In this document: piece by piece, positions 54,883 through 63,989 of the stretch
Layout: each line of letters begins with the position of its first letter
How positions within the stretch are numbered: position 1 is the first letter of the stretch
Sequence record: MK977694.1
Source of the DNA: Escherichia phage vB_EcoM-Sa45lw
Direction: 5' to 3' (one strand)
Length of the DNA: 64,000 bases
Notes under the pieces: generated by a model
What the model was told of the DNA's origin: nothing
Seen by the model: only the letters and a program-made list of their open reading frames with translations
Databases searched by the model: none
Translations under genes and position numbers: made by a program

Positions 54883-55539
54883 ATGGCAGCACCTAGAATA
54901 TCATTTTCGCCCTCTGATATTCTATTTGGTGTTCTAGATCGCTTGTTCAAAGATAACGCTACCGGGAAAGTTCTTGCTTCCCGGGTAGCTGTCGTAATTC
55001 TTTTGTTTATGATGGCGATTGTTTGGTATAGGGGAGATAGTTTCTTTGAGTACTATAAGCAATCAAAGTATGAAACATACAGTGAAATTATTGAAAAGGA
55101 AAGAAATGCACGCTTTGAATCTGTCGCCCTGGAACAACTCCAGATAGTTCACATATCATCTGAGGCAGACTTTAGTGCGGTGTATTCTTTCCGCCCTAAA
55201 AACTTAAACTATTTTGTTGATATTATAGCATATGAAGGAAAATTACCTTCAACAATAAGTGAAAAATCACTTGGAGGATATCCTGTTGATAAAACTATGG
55301 ATGAATATGCAGTTCATTTAAATGGACGTCATTATTATTCCAACTCAAAATTTGCTTTTTTACCAACTAAAAAGCCTACTCCCGAAATAAACTACATGTA
55401 CAGTTGTCCATATTTTAATTTGGATAATATCTATGCTGGAACAATAACCATGTACTGGTATAGAAATGATCATATAAGTAATGACCGCCTTGAATCAATA
55501 TGTGCCCAGGCGGCCAGAATATTAGGAAGGGCTAAATAA
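54883..55539 (+). CDS. t: Holin T
   Basis: 218 aa; MAAPRISFSPSDILFGVLDRLFKDNATGK matches T4 T. Confidence 0.95.
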   Translation: MAAPRISFSPSDILFGVLDRLFKDNATGKVLASRVAVVILLFMMAIVWYRGDSFFEYYKQSKYETYSEIIEKERNARFESVALEQLQIVHISSEADFSAVYSFRPKNLNYFVDIIAYEGKLPSTISEKSLGGYPVDKTMDEYAVHLNGRHYYSNSKFAFLPTKKPTPEINYMYSCPYFNLDNIYAGTITMYWYRNDHISNDRLESICAQAARILGRAK

Positions 55540-55812
55540 TTATTTGTTCGTATACATCTCTAGATATCGATATACACCCTCAAAACCCTCGTTGAATTCG
55601 TCGATGAGGGTTTTCTTATCTTCTTGAGTTAATTCAGAAACAATTTTACGGAATGAATTCTGATTTAATTTTCTACCTTCATGCATTACTCCAATCTCAT
55701 TCAGAAATGCAATAAAATTAGCACGATTCTCAACAATATCTTCTCTGGAAAATTTAATCAAAATAGACGCAACAGTAATAATTTCACGAACTGTATCAAT
55801 ATTTTTATTCAT
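55540..55812 (-). CDS. asiA: Anti-sigma-70 factor AsiA
   Basis: 90 aa; MNKNIDTVREIITVASILIKFSREDIVENRANF matches T4 AsiA. Confidence 0.95.
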   Translation of the reverse strand: MNKNIDTVREIITVASILIKFSREDIVENRANFIAFLNEIGVMHEGRKLNQNSFRKIVSELTQEDKKTLIDEFNEGFEGVYRYLEMYTNK

Positions 55813-55824
55813 TAACTATACCAC

Positions 55825-55977
55825 TCAATTAGTTGACTTTGTTATAATATCATCAGACGTTTGTTTTGTAAACTGGTCTGTGTTATTTTCTTGAAAAATT
55901 TTTTCTACGAATTCCTTGAACGACTCACGTTCCTGAGCTACATTATGCTCGATTACTTTTTCAAGATTATGACTCAT
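55825..55977 (-). CDS. Small hypothetical protein between arn and asiA
   Basis: 50 aa ORF with ATGA overlap to the arn stop; below the ORF-track cutoff. Confidence 0.4.
   Translation of the reverse strand: MSHNLEKVIEHNVAQERESFKEFVEKIFQENNTDQFTKQTSDDIITKSTN
55844..55873 (-). promoter_or_regulatory. Early promoter (GTTTACA, 17 bp, TATTAT) for asiA
   Basis: Hexamers on - strand, GAGTGG SD-like before the asiA ATG. Confidence 0.5.
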
Positions 55978-56252
55978 TCGAAATAATCTTCAATTTCATA
56001 ATCATGGACATAAATCATTATAGTTTTTAATACATCATCAATACTTTTTCCTGGAGCTGGAATTACGTAAAAATATCCTGCTTTTGAGAGGTCTTTATAA
56101 GTTCCAATCAAGAAATCATTATTCTCGAGATGTAGTTCTTCAACTAATTCATTAACAATTGAGTGGTATAAATTTGGTAGAAACTTATACAGCTTTTCTA
56201 GAATATCAATTTTGATTGTGTATTGAACCACAGACTGAGAATCAATAATCAT
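55974..56252 (-). CDS. arn: Arn anti-restriction protein (McrBC inhibitor)
   Basis: 92 aa acidic protein at the T4 arn position. Confidence 0.85.
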   Translation of the reverse strand: MIIDSQSVVQYTIKIDILEKLYKFLPNLYHSIVNELVEELHLENNDFLIGTYKDLSKAGYFYVIPAPGKSIDDVLKTIMIYVHDYEIEDYFE

Positions 56253-56335
56253 AGACCTTCCCCTTATGTTTCTGTTTGCGATTAGATTCTTTAAACGCTT
56301 TCTTCTTATCCTTATGAACAGAAGCTTTATTAAAA

Positions 56336-56554
56336 TTATGTTTTGCGACTAAATTGTTCATAATGCTGAATTACCTCTCTTAAACATTTGCATGTGAATG
56401 AGAACTTTTTAGCTACACCACATTCAAATATATGTTCTCTTAAATCACGTGTATCAGTATATCCCATCTCAACAATAAAATGCCTTATTAGATTTTTATC
56501 TTTATCATTGAGAGAATTAAAATAATCAGATTTTGAATTAATTTCCCTGGCCAA
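56336..56554 (-). CDS. Hypothetical protein
   Basis: 72 aa ORF. Confidence 0.45.
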   Translation of the reverse strand: MAREINSKSDYFNSLNDKDKNLIRHFIVEMGYTDTRDLREHIFECGVAKKFSFTCKCLREVIQHYEQFSRKT

Positions 56555-56834
56555 ATTGAATCACCTTCAGTTGACGTTTTAATTCTTTTATCATTTCTTC
56601 GTTCATCGCAATATAAAGATCGCGTAAAGCAGGTTTTAGCATTCCATTTACCGGAGAACTAAATGGGCATACATAATCTTTTCCTACAAGCTTTTTGGTA
56701 AATTCCATATCACAAAATTTAAATGCTGGCTCATTCGCATAAATTCCCCAATTAGTTGACATCATTTTATTGGCATATTCCAATGCCTGAATTTGATTCA
56801 TAATTCCATCGATTTGAAACTTTTTAATATTCAT
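56538..56834 (-). CDS. Hypothetical protein
   Basis: 98 aa ORF. Confidence 0.5.
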   Translation of the reverse strand: MNIKKFQIDGIMNQIQALEYANKMMSTNWGIYANEPAFKFCDMEFTKKLVGKDYVCPFSSPVNGMLKPALRDLYIAMNEEMIKELKRQLKVIQFGQGN

Positions 56835-57295
56835 TAGTAAAGGTCCTCAGAGTAAAGTTCTTTTTCACTACCACCACGTTCAATACGTACTTGTCCAGCG
56901 TAAGTTGCAATAATCATTGCTTCTTCACGTGTCCAATAATTACTATATTGGTCAATAAACCCTTGGTCATCATCACAAACTTGTTGAGTAACTAATTGAG
57001 GTTTAACTACATCTAAAACTTCGGCCATATCTTTAGAATAATGACGAGCACCTGGAATAATAAGAGTTCGTCCATCTTTTAATTTAAAACGGTTGGCTGC
57101 GCAGACAATTCGTCGTTGATACTTTTGGTTTTCATCCCAATATGCAGTCTGCCAACATATTTCAGGAACTTCTTTTAGAATATCTTCTTCTGTGCATTTA
57201 TAACCATGCGCTTTAAATTTTTCAGCAAGACTTTCTGGAGTTTCACGAGATAAAGGAACATTCAGCATTTTTAAACGATTGATAAATGGGTTCAT
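56834..57295 (-). CDS. Hypothetical protein
   Basis: 153 aa ORF. Confidence 0.55.
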   Translation of the reverse strand: MNPFINRLKMLNVPLSRETPESLAEKFKAHGYKCTEEDILKEVPEICWQTAYWDENQKYQRRIVCAANRFKLKDGRTLIIPGARHYSKDMAEVLDVVKPQLVTQQVCDDDQGFIDQYSNYWTREEAMIIATYAGQVRIERGGSEKELYSEDLY

Positions 57296-57621
57296 TTAAA
57301 CCATCCTTTAATACGTTGCCACAAAGTTTTCTGTTGAGCTTTGTTAACACCAATTGAGCGAATAACTGGTTGAGATTCCTGGAATTCTTTATAATCAGCA
57401 AGGTAAATTTCGTAAGCTGCATCTGTAAAGGAACTTATCGCTGCCATGAAATTATTGCGAATACCTACTGGAGCATCTTTACTTTCACGAATAATCATGT
57501 ATTTACCAGTCTTAATCTTTACAATAGTTCCAAGATAAGCTCCATGGTACCAAATATCCCAACCCTCTTGAGTAGGTTCTGCACAACGACGAAGTTCATT
57601 GACAATTTCTAACTTGTTCAT
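57292..57621 (-). CDS. Hypothetical protein
   Basis: 109 aa ORF. Confidence 0.55.
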   Translation of the reverse strand: MNKLEIVNELRRCAEPTQEGWDIWYHGAYLGTIVKIKTGKYMIIRESKDAPVGIRNNFMAAISSFTDAAYEIYLADYKEFQESQPVIRSIGVNKAQQKTLWQRIKGWFK

Positions 57622-57631
57622 TATTTATTCC

Positions 57632-58267
57632 TCACAGTTCAGATGCTACAGTGATTACAGCTTCAATGTTTTCTGCCGAGCGTTTAATGTCAAGATACAC
57701 ATTACCGTTTTTAGCGATTTTACATGACATTCCGATATCAGTAAATTTCTGAATATGATGTTCCATCATTTTGTATCCAAAAATTCGCATATTTCCATTG
57801 TTGTTAATTTCAAAATTACGAATTCCGTGAGTGCGTTTTTCTAAAATAGCGAGATAGTTACTACGATAAGTTTCGACCTTTTTAAGAACAAATCCATTTT
57901 CATCTAAAAGTTTTAACATGAGGTCTTTATCTTCTTCCATATCAGAAGTAATTTCGCGAGCTTTACGAGTTGCTCGTTTTTTCAGCAGTTCCGGAGCATT
58001 TTCCTGTGCGTATAAAGTTGCTGCGTTTGAAATAATATCCTGAGCTTCACCAGTAATGATTAATCCATCACCAGATTTCTCCACTAGGCCTTTTTTAATC
58101 AATACCCCAATATTACTATTAACTACTGCGTTACCTAAATCTGGATGCACCTCACGAACTTCTGCAGCTGTAATGAAATCTTTCTTAGCAATAGTAATTA
58201 AAATCGCAGCAGTTTTTTCATTCAGAACATCGTTAGAAGCTTTGATGATGTAAGTTACTTTAGACAT
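57632..58267 (-). CDS. motA: MotA middle-transcription activator
   Basis: 211 aa; MSKVTYIIKASNDVLNEKTAAILITIAKKDF matches T4 MotA. Confidence 0.95.
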   Translation of the reverse strand: MSKVTYIIKASNDVLNEKTAAILITIAKKDFITAAEVREVHPDLGNAVVNSNIGVLIKKGLVEKSGDGLIITGEAQDIISNAATLYAQENAPELLKKRATRKAREITSDMEEDKDLMLKLLDENGFVLKKVETYRSNYLAILEKRTHGIRNFEINNNGNMRIFGYKMMEHHIQKFTDIGMSCKIAKNGNVYLDIKRSAENIEAVITVASEL

Positions 58268-58308
58268 TTTCTAATCTCCGTAATTCTGTATCAGTAGTTG
58301 ATAGTTGT

Positions 58309-58338
58309 ATAGTACCACAGTATGCTTTGGTTGTAAAC
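58309..58338 (-). promoter_or_regulatory. Early promoter (GTTTACA, 17 bp, TACTAT) for motA
   Basis: Shares a ~40 bp near-identical upstream block with the cassette at 41602-41665. Confidence 0.55.
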
Positions 58339-58370
58339 CGGTTTGTGAAAAAAATTTTTGAAATAAAAAA

Positions 58371-58390
58371 GGGAGAGCCTCGGCTCTCCC
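58371..58390 (-). terminator. Rho-independent terminator
   Basis: GGGAGAGC-cgag-GCTCTCCC followed by TTTTTTATTT on - strand. Confidence 0.75.
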
Positions 58391-58395
58391 TAAAA

Positions 58396-58545
58396 TTACT
58401 GCATGACTGTGATAACTGTCATGATAACACGTTGAATTCCGAACGCAAGAAGACCTCCTGCTACGGCTGGAACAACACCTAAACCCGTCAGTAAAATGCT
58501 ACCGGATACTAATGCAGCGCTTGTAATACCTATGAATGGACTCAT
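58396..58545 (-). CDS. Small hydrophobic membrane peptide
   Basis: 49 aa MSPFIGITSAALVSGSILLTGLGVVPAVAGGLLAFGI...; ATGA overlap with the gene 52 stop. Confidence 0.45.
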   Translation of the reverse strand: MSPFIGITSAALVSGSILLTGLGVVPAVAGGLLAFGIQRVIMTVITVMQ

Positions 58546-59870
58546 TTGATTTCCTCTAAATCTTTGGTGTATTCTGTAACTACATTAGTAGTTTTCCAAT
58601 ATTCGTTTTCTTCTTTTTTAGCTTTAGCTTCTTCAGCAAGTTTCTTTGCTTCGTCGGAAGTCATATGAAAAATATTCATTCCAACTAATTTATCAACATA
58701 AGAAGAATACATCTCAATTTTAGAAAGTTCTTCGGTCAGTTCTTTGCGAGTTTTACCCTGTACAACAATTTCACCTGAAATTACTTTCTTAATGAAATGT
58801 GCCTTGGCAAAGGCTAAACGAAATGCTGACTCAGTTTCTTTGATTTTGTTATCAATTCGTTTTTGGACATAAGTTTTACGAACTTCAACAAAGTCTTTAA
58901 TTAAATCGACTACGTTATCGTAAACTTGTAGTTTTCCTTTCTCATTAATAACCGTAATATTCTGAGAACGACGCTCAATCAACCCGAAGTCTTTCATAAT
59001 TTTTGCGTGGCGTTCTTCTTCATTATCGCTCAAAGAATATTCTTTACGGAATTTAACTTTGAATCCAAAACCGTGCTCACCGCAAGCATCATCCCATGTA
59101 ATGAAGCCTTTATCTTCAAGTGGGTCTAAGATTTTACTCACATAAGTTTCACGATCATACTTATACGGAATCTCAGTGATATGCATTTGAGTTCGTGAAG
59201 TAAACTTATATGTTCCACGAATTTCATATTGGCCATCAATCTCAACGACTTCACCACGAAATTCTGGGAATTCTACCTTCGGTTTAGTTACTTTCTTTCC
59301 TTGAAGAGCTTGTAATACAGCTTTCTTAACAGAAGAAACACTATGAGGAAGAATGTAAGTTGCATAACCAGTTGCAATACCGGAAACACCATTAAGAAGA
59401 ACAGTAGGAATAATAGGCAAATAGAAAGCAGGCGGAATGTGTTCTTTATCTTGATGTACCGGAGCATATTCAGTATCTTTATATACGTTATAGAAATTTT
59501 TACTTACACGAGCAAAAATATAACGACTTGCTGCTGCTTTTTGGACGGTACGAGAACCAAAGTTTCCTTGACCATCTAACAGAGGAAAGTTATTATTCCA
59601 AGTGTTAGCCATCAAAGCACCTGCGTCTTGTGCAGAGTTTTCGCCATGGTGATATCCAAGGTCCGCTACACCACCTGCAATAGAAGCGAGTTTGTGAAAC
59701 TTATCTTTATTTCCTCGTGCCAAATCAAGAGCTCGAGCAATAACAAATCGTTGAACTGGCTTAAATCCATCAATCATATTTGGAATAGCACGATTTTCAA
59801 CCGTGTACATAGCATAAGCCAATGCTTCATTATCAATGATACTTTTTAAATCGCGATTATTCAGTTGCAT
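58542..59870 (-). CDS. 52: DNA topoisomerase II medium subunit gp52
   Basis: 442 aa, position and length as T4 gp52. Confidence 0.95.
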   Translation of the reverse strand: MQLNNRDLKSIIDNEALAYAMYTVENRAIPNMIDGFKPVQRFVIARALDLARGNKDKFHKLASIAGGVADLGYHHGENSAQDAGALMANTWNNNFPLLDGQGNFGSRTVQKAAASRYIFARVSKNFYNVYKDTEYAPVHQDKEHIPPAFYLPIIPTVLLNGVSGIATGYATYILPHSVSSVKKAVLQALQGKKVTKPKVEFPEFRGEVVEIDGQYEIRGTYKFTSRTQMHITEIPYKYDRETYVSKILDPLEDKGFITWDDACGEHGFGFKVKFRKEYSLSDNEEERHAKIMKDFGLIERRSQNITVINEKGKLQVYDNVVDLIKDFVEVRKTYVQKRIDNKIKETESAFRLAFAKAHFIKKVISGEIVVQGKTRKELTEELSKIEMYSSYVDKLVGMNIFHMTSDEAKKLAEEAKAKKEENEYWKTTNVVTEYTKDLEEIK

Positions 59871-59874
59871 AAAT

Positions 59875-60021
59875 TTACCATACTAGTGAATGTAGTGCCA
59901 TAATAACATCAGAAATGAAAAGCACGACTTGAATTAATCCGAACATTACTCCATAATATAGTGCTACTAATAAAGCAGCAAGGGCTAATGAATAGCCCAA
60001 GATTTTCTTAATCATTTTCAT
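59875..60021 (-). CDS. Small hydrophobic protein (52.1 position)
   Basis: 48 aa MKMIKKILGYSLALAALLVALYYG... Confidence 0.4.
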   Translation of the reverse strand: MKMIKKILGYSLALAALLVALYYGVMFGLIQVVLFISDVIMALHSLVW

Positions 60022-60160
60022 TTAATAGCCAAAACAATGATAAAATTGCTAATACGCCTTGAGCTGTTGCTTGTAAAAATACTGAAGTTTCTCCAGTTAT
60101 TACTGTTCCGGCGAATAAAAAGGACCAGCAGAAAAAGGCTATACCATAAACAAATTTCAT
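60005..60160 (-). CDS. ac: Ac-like small membrane protein (acridine sensitivity)
   Basis: 51 aa MKFVYGIAFFCWSFLFAGTVITG...; SD GAGGAAA; size and position as T4 ac. Confidence 0.5.
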
Positions 60161-60167
60161 ATTTTCC

Positions 60168-60248
60168 TCACTGGCGTCCGAAGACGCCTTTAGTTTTAAG
60201 ATTGTTACGATAGAACTGCATCACATGTTCGTTATGGAAATTACTCAT
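60168..60248 (-). CDS. stp: Stp peptide (activator of host PrrC anticodon nuclease)
   Basis: 26 aa [26 protein letters not shown], matching my recollection of T4 Stp; start overlaps ndd stop (TAATG). Confidence 0.8.
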
Positions 60249-60706
60249 TAATATGCCTGTAAAACAAATTTAAAATTATCAGCCAACATACGGTTCATTT
60301 CTTCAAGTGTTTGATACTCAGAATGATGATTACGAGTAAACGCCAGAGCTAACTGACCTTTACCAAATCCCGTCGTCAGAGGTTTCATCTTAGAAGCAGG
60401 CAGATAAAATACTGTGTATGCCATATTGTTATTTGCAATAGTACGCGCAAGCTGAGACCGGCGTTGACGAATATGACTTAGAACTGCGCTGAATCCTTGC
60501 TTAGAACGCTGATTACCTACATAAAATCGTGCTGACACACATGGATTACTAAATGGACGACCATCTAATTTACTTACTAAAAAGTAAAATCCAGGTTTAG
60601 ATAAAATATCTTTATGCGGAGTTCCCAAAAACCACTCACCGCCCTTGATTGTACCAATAACAGTAGCGCCTGCATTATTTAGATCAGTAACAGTCATATA
60701 TTTCAT
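60248..60706 (-). CDS. ndd: Ndd nucleoid disruption protein
   Basis: 152 aa from [18 protein letters not shown] with GAGGA SD. Confidence 0.9.
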
Positions 60707-60764
60707 ATTAATTTCCTCTAAATTATTTTCTACTCCAAGGCCGCATGAATACGCGGCCATTAAA

Positions 60765-60980
60765 TTAATCGTCGCAGTCGACGCTCAATTCCCAAAACTC
60801 TTCTACTGTATAAGTTTCAGTATCATTTTCAATACAGAAACGTTCATTACTGTTATTTGCTAAAGTAGCGTTAACTGTCGGTTTCTCGCTAGTGCTCTTA
60901 AGAGGTGAAATACGAATTAACTGATCACCGTTATCTAAACAGAAAATTTCACCAACTTTTACATCTTTAAAACTTTTCAT
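60765..60980 (-). CDS. Hypothetical protein
   Basis: 71 aa ORF. Confidence 0.5.
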   Translation of the reverse strand: MKSFKDVKVGEIFCLDNGDQLIRISPLKSTSEKPTVNATLANNSNERFCIENDTETYTVEEFWELSVDCDD

Positions 60981-61095
60981 AATTCACCTCAAGGAGTATA
61001 AAATCCAAATGCAGTTGTTGACCATCCCATCCAATATGGAAAATTTGCACCAATGTAAAACATAAGAATATAAAACCAACCGCTCAGCAAATTCA

Positions 61096-61293
61096 TTATT
61101 TTACACCATTCCAAATTGTTTCAACCACAGATTTTAAACCATTTTGATGAATATCAATTCCGACTACTGTCATCAAATAGATTCCAACTACAACTGAACC
61201 TAAGGCGAAAATCAGCATAAAAATGAATAAAGCCGGAAAAATATTATCGAAAAACCATTCAATAAATGTAAAAGCACCGCGTTTACGCTTCAT
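61096..61293 (-). CDS. Small membrane protein
   Basis: Start placed at MKRKRGAFTFIEWFF; one TM helix; start uncertain. Confidence 0.4.
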   Translation of the reverse strand: MKRKRGAFTFIEWFFDNIFPALFIFMLIFALGSVVVGIYLMTVVGIDIHQNGLKSVVETIWNGVK

Positions 61294-61300
61294 ATTTTCC

Positions 61301-61414
61301 TCACATAAATCCAAAGTAAACGTTTAATACATCAATCATTAAAACGATTGGGAATATACTCAAAACTATTAGTATTATAACTACATTCCATATAGCTTTA
61401 ACAATCTTTTTCAT
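61301..61414 (-). CDS. Small membrane protein
   Basis: 37 aa MKKIVKAIWNVVIILIVLSIFPIVLMIDV...; strong SD GGAGG; early promoter upstream. Confidence 0.5.
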   Translation of the reverse strand: MKKIVKAIWNVVIILIVLSIFPIVLMIDVLNVYFGFM

Positions 61415-61442
61415 TTTCTGTTCCTCCGTAGTTGATAGTTGT

Positions 61443-61472
61443 ATAATACCACAGAGGAACAGTCTTGTAAAC
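61443..61472 (-). promoter_or_regulatory. Early promoter (GTTTACA, 17 bp, TATTAT)
   Basis: Same architecture and flanking ACAACTATCAAC as the other cassettes. Confidence 0.5.
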
Positions 61473-61689
61473 AACTTTTTTAAAAATATTCGTAATAAAT
61501 GTGAATACCAACTACTACCGCTGAAACCTGTGCAACCCACCACGCACAAGCAATAAGTACAGAATTAAAAATTTTCATAATAACCTCATCACAAAAGTAA
61601 ATGTTAAACAAATTAATGGAATACTAATTAACCAAACAAAACACCACCATAATGAACTCATAGTTCAATCTCAACGATTTTCATTTTAC

Positions 61690-61896
61690 TCAATAATCCG
61701 CTAAAAGATCGACGATTGCATCACGAAGACACTTATTCGCAATACGTTTAAGAGCAATTTCAGTTTCTGGAGCATTTTGAATAATCATTGAATTCAATTC
61801 AGCCTCAGCAAACTGAAGTTCTTTAACTAATTCAGCTTTATATTTTCCTTGCCCTTTCTTAGCTTTTGCTCGTTTTAATTCAGCTGTAGTAAACAT
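61690..61896 (-). CDS. Hypothetical basic protein
   Basis: 68 aa from MFTTAELKRAKAKKGQG with GGAGA SD. Confidence 0.5.
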   Translation of the reverse strand: MFTTAELKRAKAKKGQGKYKAELVKELQFAEAELNSMIIQNAPETEIALKRIANKCLRDAIVDLLADY

Positions 61897-61930
61897 TTTA
61901 TTCTCCAAATCCGTATCAGTTGATAGTTGT

Positions 61931-61960
61931 ATATTACCACAGTCCTTGTGGTATGTAAAC
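61931..61960 (-). promoter_or_regulatory. Early promoter (GTTTACA, 17 bp, TAATAT)
   Basis: Hexamers on - strand. Confidence 0.5.
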
Positions 61961-61976
61961 CGTTTTGTGAAAATTT

Positions 61977-62534
61977 TTAAATGGAAAGATACCATCCGTT
62001 GTAGTTGCTTTTTCTTACAACCTTACGAAGGTCTTCTCTGTCACCGATGAACTTCGGAGTGTACTGGATGACACCTGGATGAATTTCTTTAGTGTTGAAT
62101 ATAATTATACAGTCAGCGACTTGATGATTTAGAATAGGCCCTAGATTTATTCCAGAACCATATGGATACTCTCCGCTGCATCCCGTTGTTACCGAAATCC
62201 AACGCGAGTCAGTTTGATGTGTCTTAACTTCTACACGAAGCCCGCAGTATCTTGGATGCGCCAATACATCCCATGCGTATGTATACGGGTCATTAACGTC
62301 CTCTTGGCCTTTGTTAACATACCCGCTTAGCCAATCTGCTACAAAAAACTCTGCGTACACCGCGATACGGCATCTTTCGATAACTTCTGCTTTATCCTGG
62401 TTCGGGTTTTGTTTTAAAGAGTATCTTGCTGTATCAGCAATTTTGACCTTCATTTCACTAGTCAAATCACTGTTCGATAGGGTAAATGTCGGAATCTGAA
62501 ATAGTCTCTGTAAACCCGGATTCGTTTTCTGCAT
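61977..62534 (-). CDS. denB: Endonuclease IV
   Basis: 185 aa, T4 DenB length and position. Confidence 0.9.
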   Translation of the reverse strand: MQKTNPGLQRLFQIPTFTLSNSDLTSEMKVKIADTARYSLKQNPNQDKAEVIERCRIAVYAEFFVADWLSGYVNKGQEDVNDPYTYAWDVLAHPRYCGLRVEVKTHQTDSRWISVTTGCSGEYPYGSGINLGPILNHQVADCIIIFNTKEIHPGVIQYTPKFIGDREDLRKVVRKSNYNGWYLSI

Positions 62535-62796
62535 TTAGACTTTCCTTTTTACCGCTGAGATAAGCGTTATATACTTTAAGAGTGCCGTAATAAATTCGGT
62601 CATTTTCATCTAAAGACTCACGGTCAAGTTCATCGAGTTCCTTTTTATCCATGACTATAACATCATTGCAATAAAGAAACCCAAGTTTTTTGTGTCCAAA
62701 CTCAAATTTATTACAGTACACAATATTAGCGTGATGATTACCATGTAGAGAAATTTCTTTTATGTCGGAATCACCGATATTCATACAATAAATCAT
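62467..62796 (-). CDS. Hypothetical protein
   Basis: 109 aa ORF; its 3' end overlaps the denB 5' end by 68 nt. Confidence 0.4.
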   Translation of the reverse strand: MIYCMNIGDSDIKEISLHGNHHANIVYCNKFEFGHKKLGFLYCNDVIVMDKKELDELDRESLDENDRIYYGTLKVYNAYLSGKKESLNAENESGFTETISDSDIYPIEQ

Positions 62797-62813
62797 AATT
62801 CACCTTAAAACAA

Positions 62814-62843
62814 AAGGGCCGAAGCCCTTATTTAAATTGTTCA
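62814..62843 (-). repeat. 30 bp repeat (last codons EQFK + stop + terminator hairpin), copy 1
   Basis: Identical to 63037-63066. Confidence 0.9.
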
Positions 62844-63022
62844 ATTCTTTTCTCTAAACAATCTGCATAAGATTTCATTGAGATAAACTGTGAAAGCAGT
62901 AATTCTTGCTCAACTGCACTAACCGTTAGAAACTTTGCGCTTTCTAAAAATTTGCTCAGTGCATTAATTTTGAGCATTAATTGATCGTATTCTTCTTTTA
63001 CTCGTGCTTGATAACCTAACAT
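62828..63022 (-). CDS. Hypothetical protein
   Basis: 64 aa ORF ending ...IEQFK. Confidence 0.5.
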   Translation of the reverse strand: MLGYQARVKEEYDQLMLKINALSKFLESAKFLTVSAVEQELLLSQFISMKSYADCLEKRIEQFK

Positions 63023-63036
63023 AATTTTCCTTAGTT

Positions 63037-63066
63037 AAGGGCCGAAGCCCTTATTTAAATTGTTCA
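63037..63066 (-). repeat. 30 bp repeat, copy 2 (3' end of rIIB + terminator)
   Basis: Identical to 62814-62843. Confidence 0.9.
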
Positions 63067-63989
63067 GTAACGTCTTCAATTACTTCGTATTGGCAGGTAC
63101 GCATTTTAGCGTCGTTGTAATCAATCGGAATTGATACTACATCACGAGGATGAACTTTAACTTTTACAACTCGGCTGGTTGAACCACCGAAGTGACGAAT
63201 ATAAGATTTAGAACACACATGCAGACCACGAGAACAAGTTTGTGTATCATCGTCATTCACACGAGTACGCGGCATTTTAACTACTTTACCAGGACTGTTA
63301 TCAAAGGTATTTGAGTGACAGTCAAAGTAATTGCTGCGAACTACTTTCCAAGCATAGAAGTAACCATCTTCTGTAATTTCAATATCGTTTGCTACCAAGA
63401 AATCAAAAAGTCGAGATACCGCTTTCTGGCTTGGGTTTTCCAGCAGATTTTCCAAGAACGGAAAATAAAATTCAAAGTTTTCGCCTTTTTCCATCGAATC
63501 AAGAATACGATCAACCAAACCAGACCGCAATTCAATATTTTGATAGAATAAGCTTCCACCTTCAATTCGAACATCGCCGGAAATATATTTTTCAACAGCG
63601 CGACGAACATTAATTTTTTGTGCCGCTTCTTCCAGCTTATCCGCTACAAGCAGATTGAGAATTTCCTGGAAGTTTGAATGAGTATTAGGTGTTGCATTAT
63701 AAGTTACACCATCGACAGTAATCGAAATGAATTTTTTAGATGCATTCCAAATAATGTCAGATTTAGTAACTGGAGCAATAACTGCATCGCTATTAACTTT
63801 AACTGTAATATCACCGCTAATAGTAACTTTAGAGCGTTTAGCTTCTTCAGCATTTTTCAAAACACGACGGATTGTATCAACCGATACACCTTGCCAATCA
63901 GCCAATTCCTGCTGAGTATAATTACCGCTTGAATACAGTTTAACAATTTCAGCTTGTTCGTTTTTGGTCAGGCATTTAATATTGTACAT
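63051..63989 (-). CDS. rIIB: rIIB membrane-associated protein
   Basis: 312 aa; MYNIKCLTKNEQAEIVKLYSSGNYTQQELAD matches T4 rIIB. Confidence 0.95.
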   Translation of the reverse strand: MYNIKCLTKNEQAEIVKLYSSGNYTQQELADWQGVSVDTIRRVLKNAEEAKRSKVTISGDITVKVNSDAVIAPVTKSDIIWNASKKFISITVDGVTYNATPNTHSNFQEILNLLVADKLEEAAQKINVRRAVEKYISGDVRIEGGSLFYQNIELRSGLVDRILDSMEKGENFEFYFPFLENLLENPSQKAVSRLFDFLVANDIEITEDGYFYAWKVVRSNYFDCHSNTFDNSPGKVVKMPRTRVNDDDTQTCSRGLHVCSKSYIRHFGGSTSRVVKVKVHPRDVVSIPIDYNDAKMRTCQYEVIEDVTEQFK

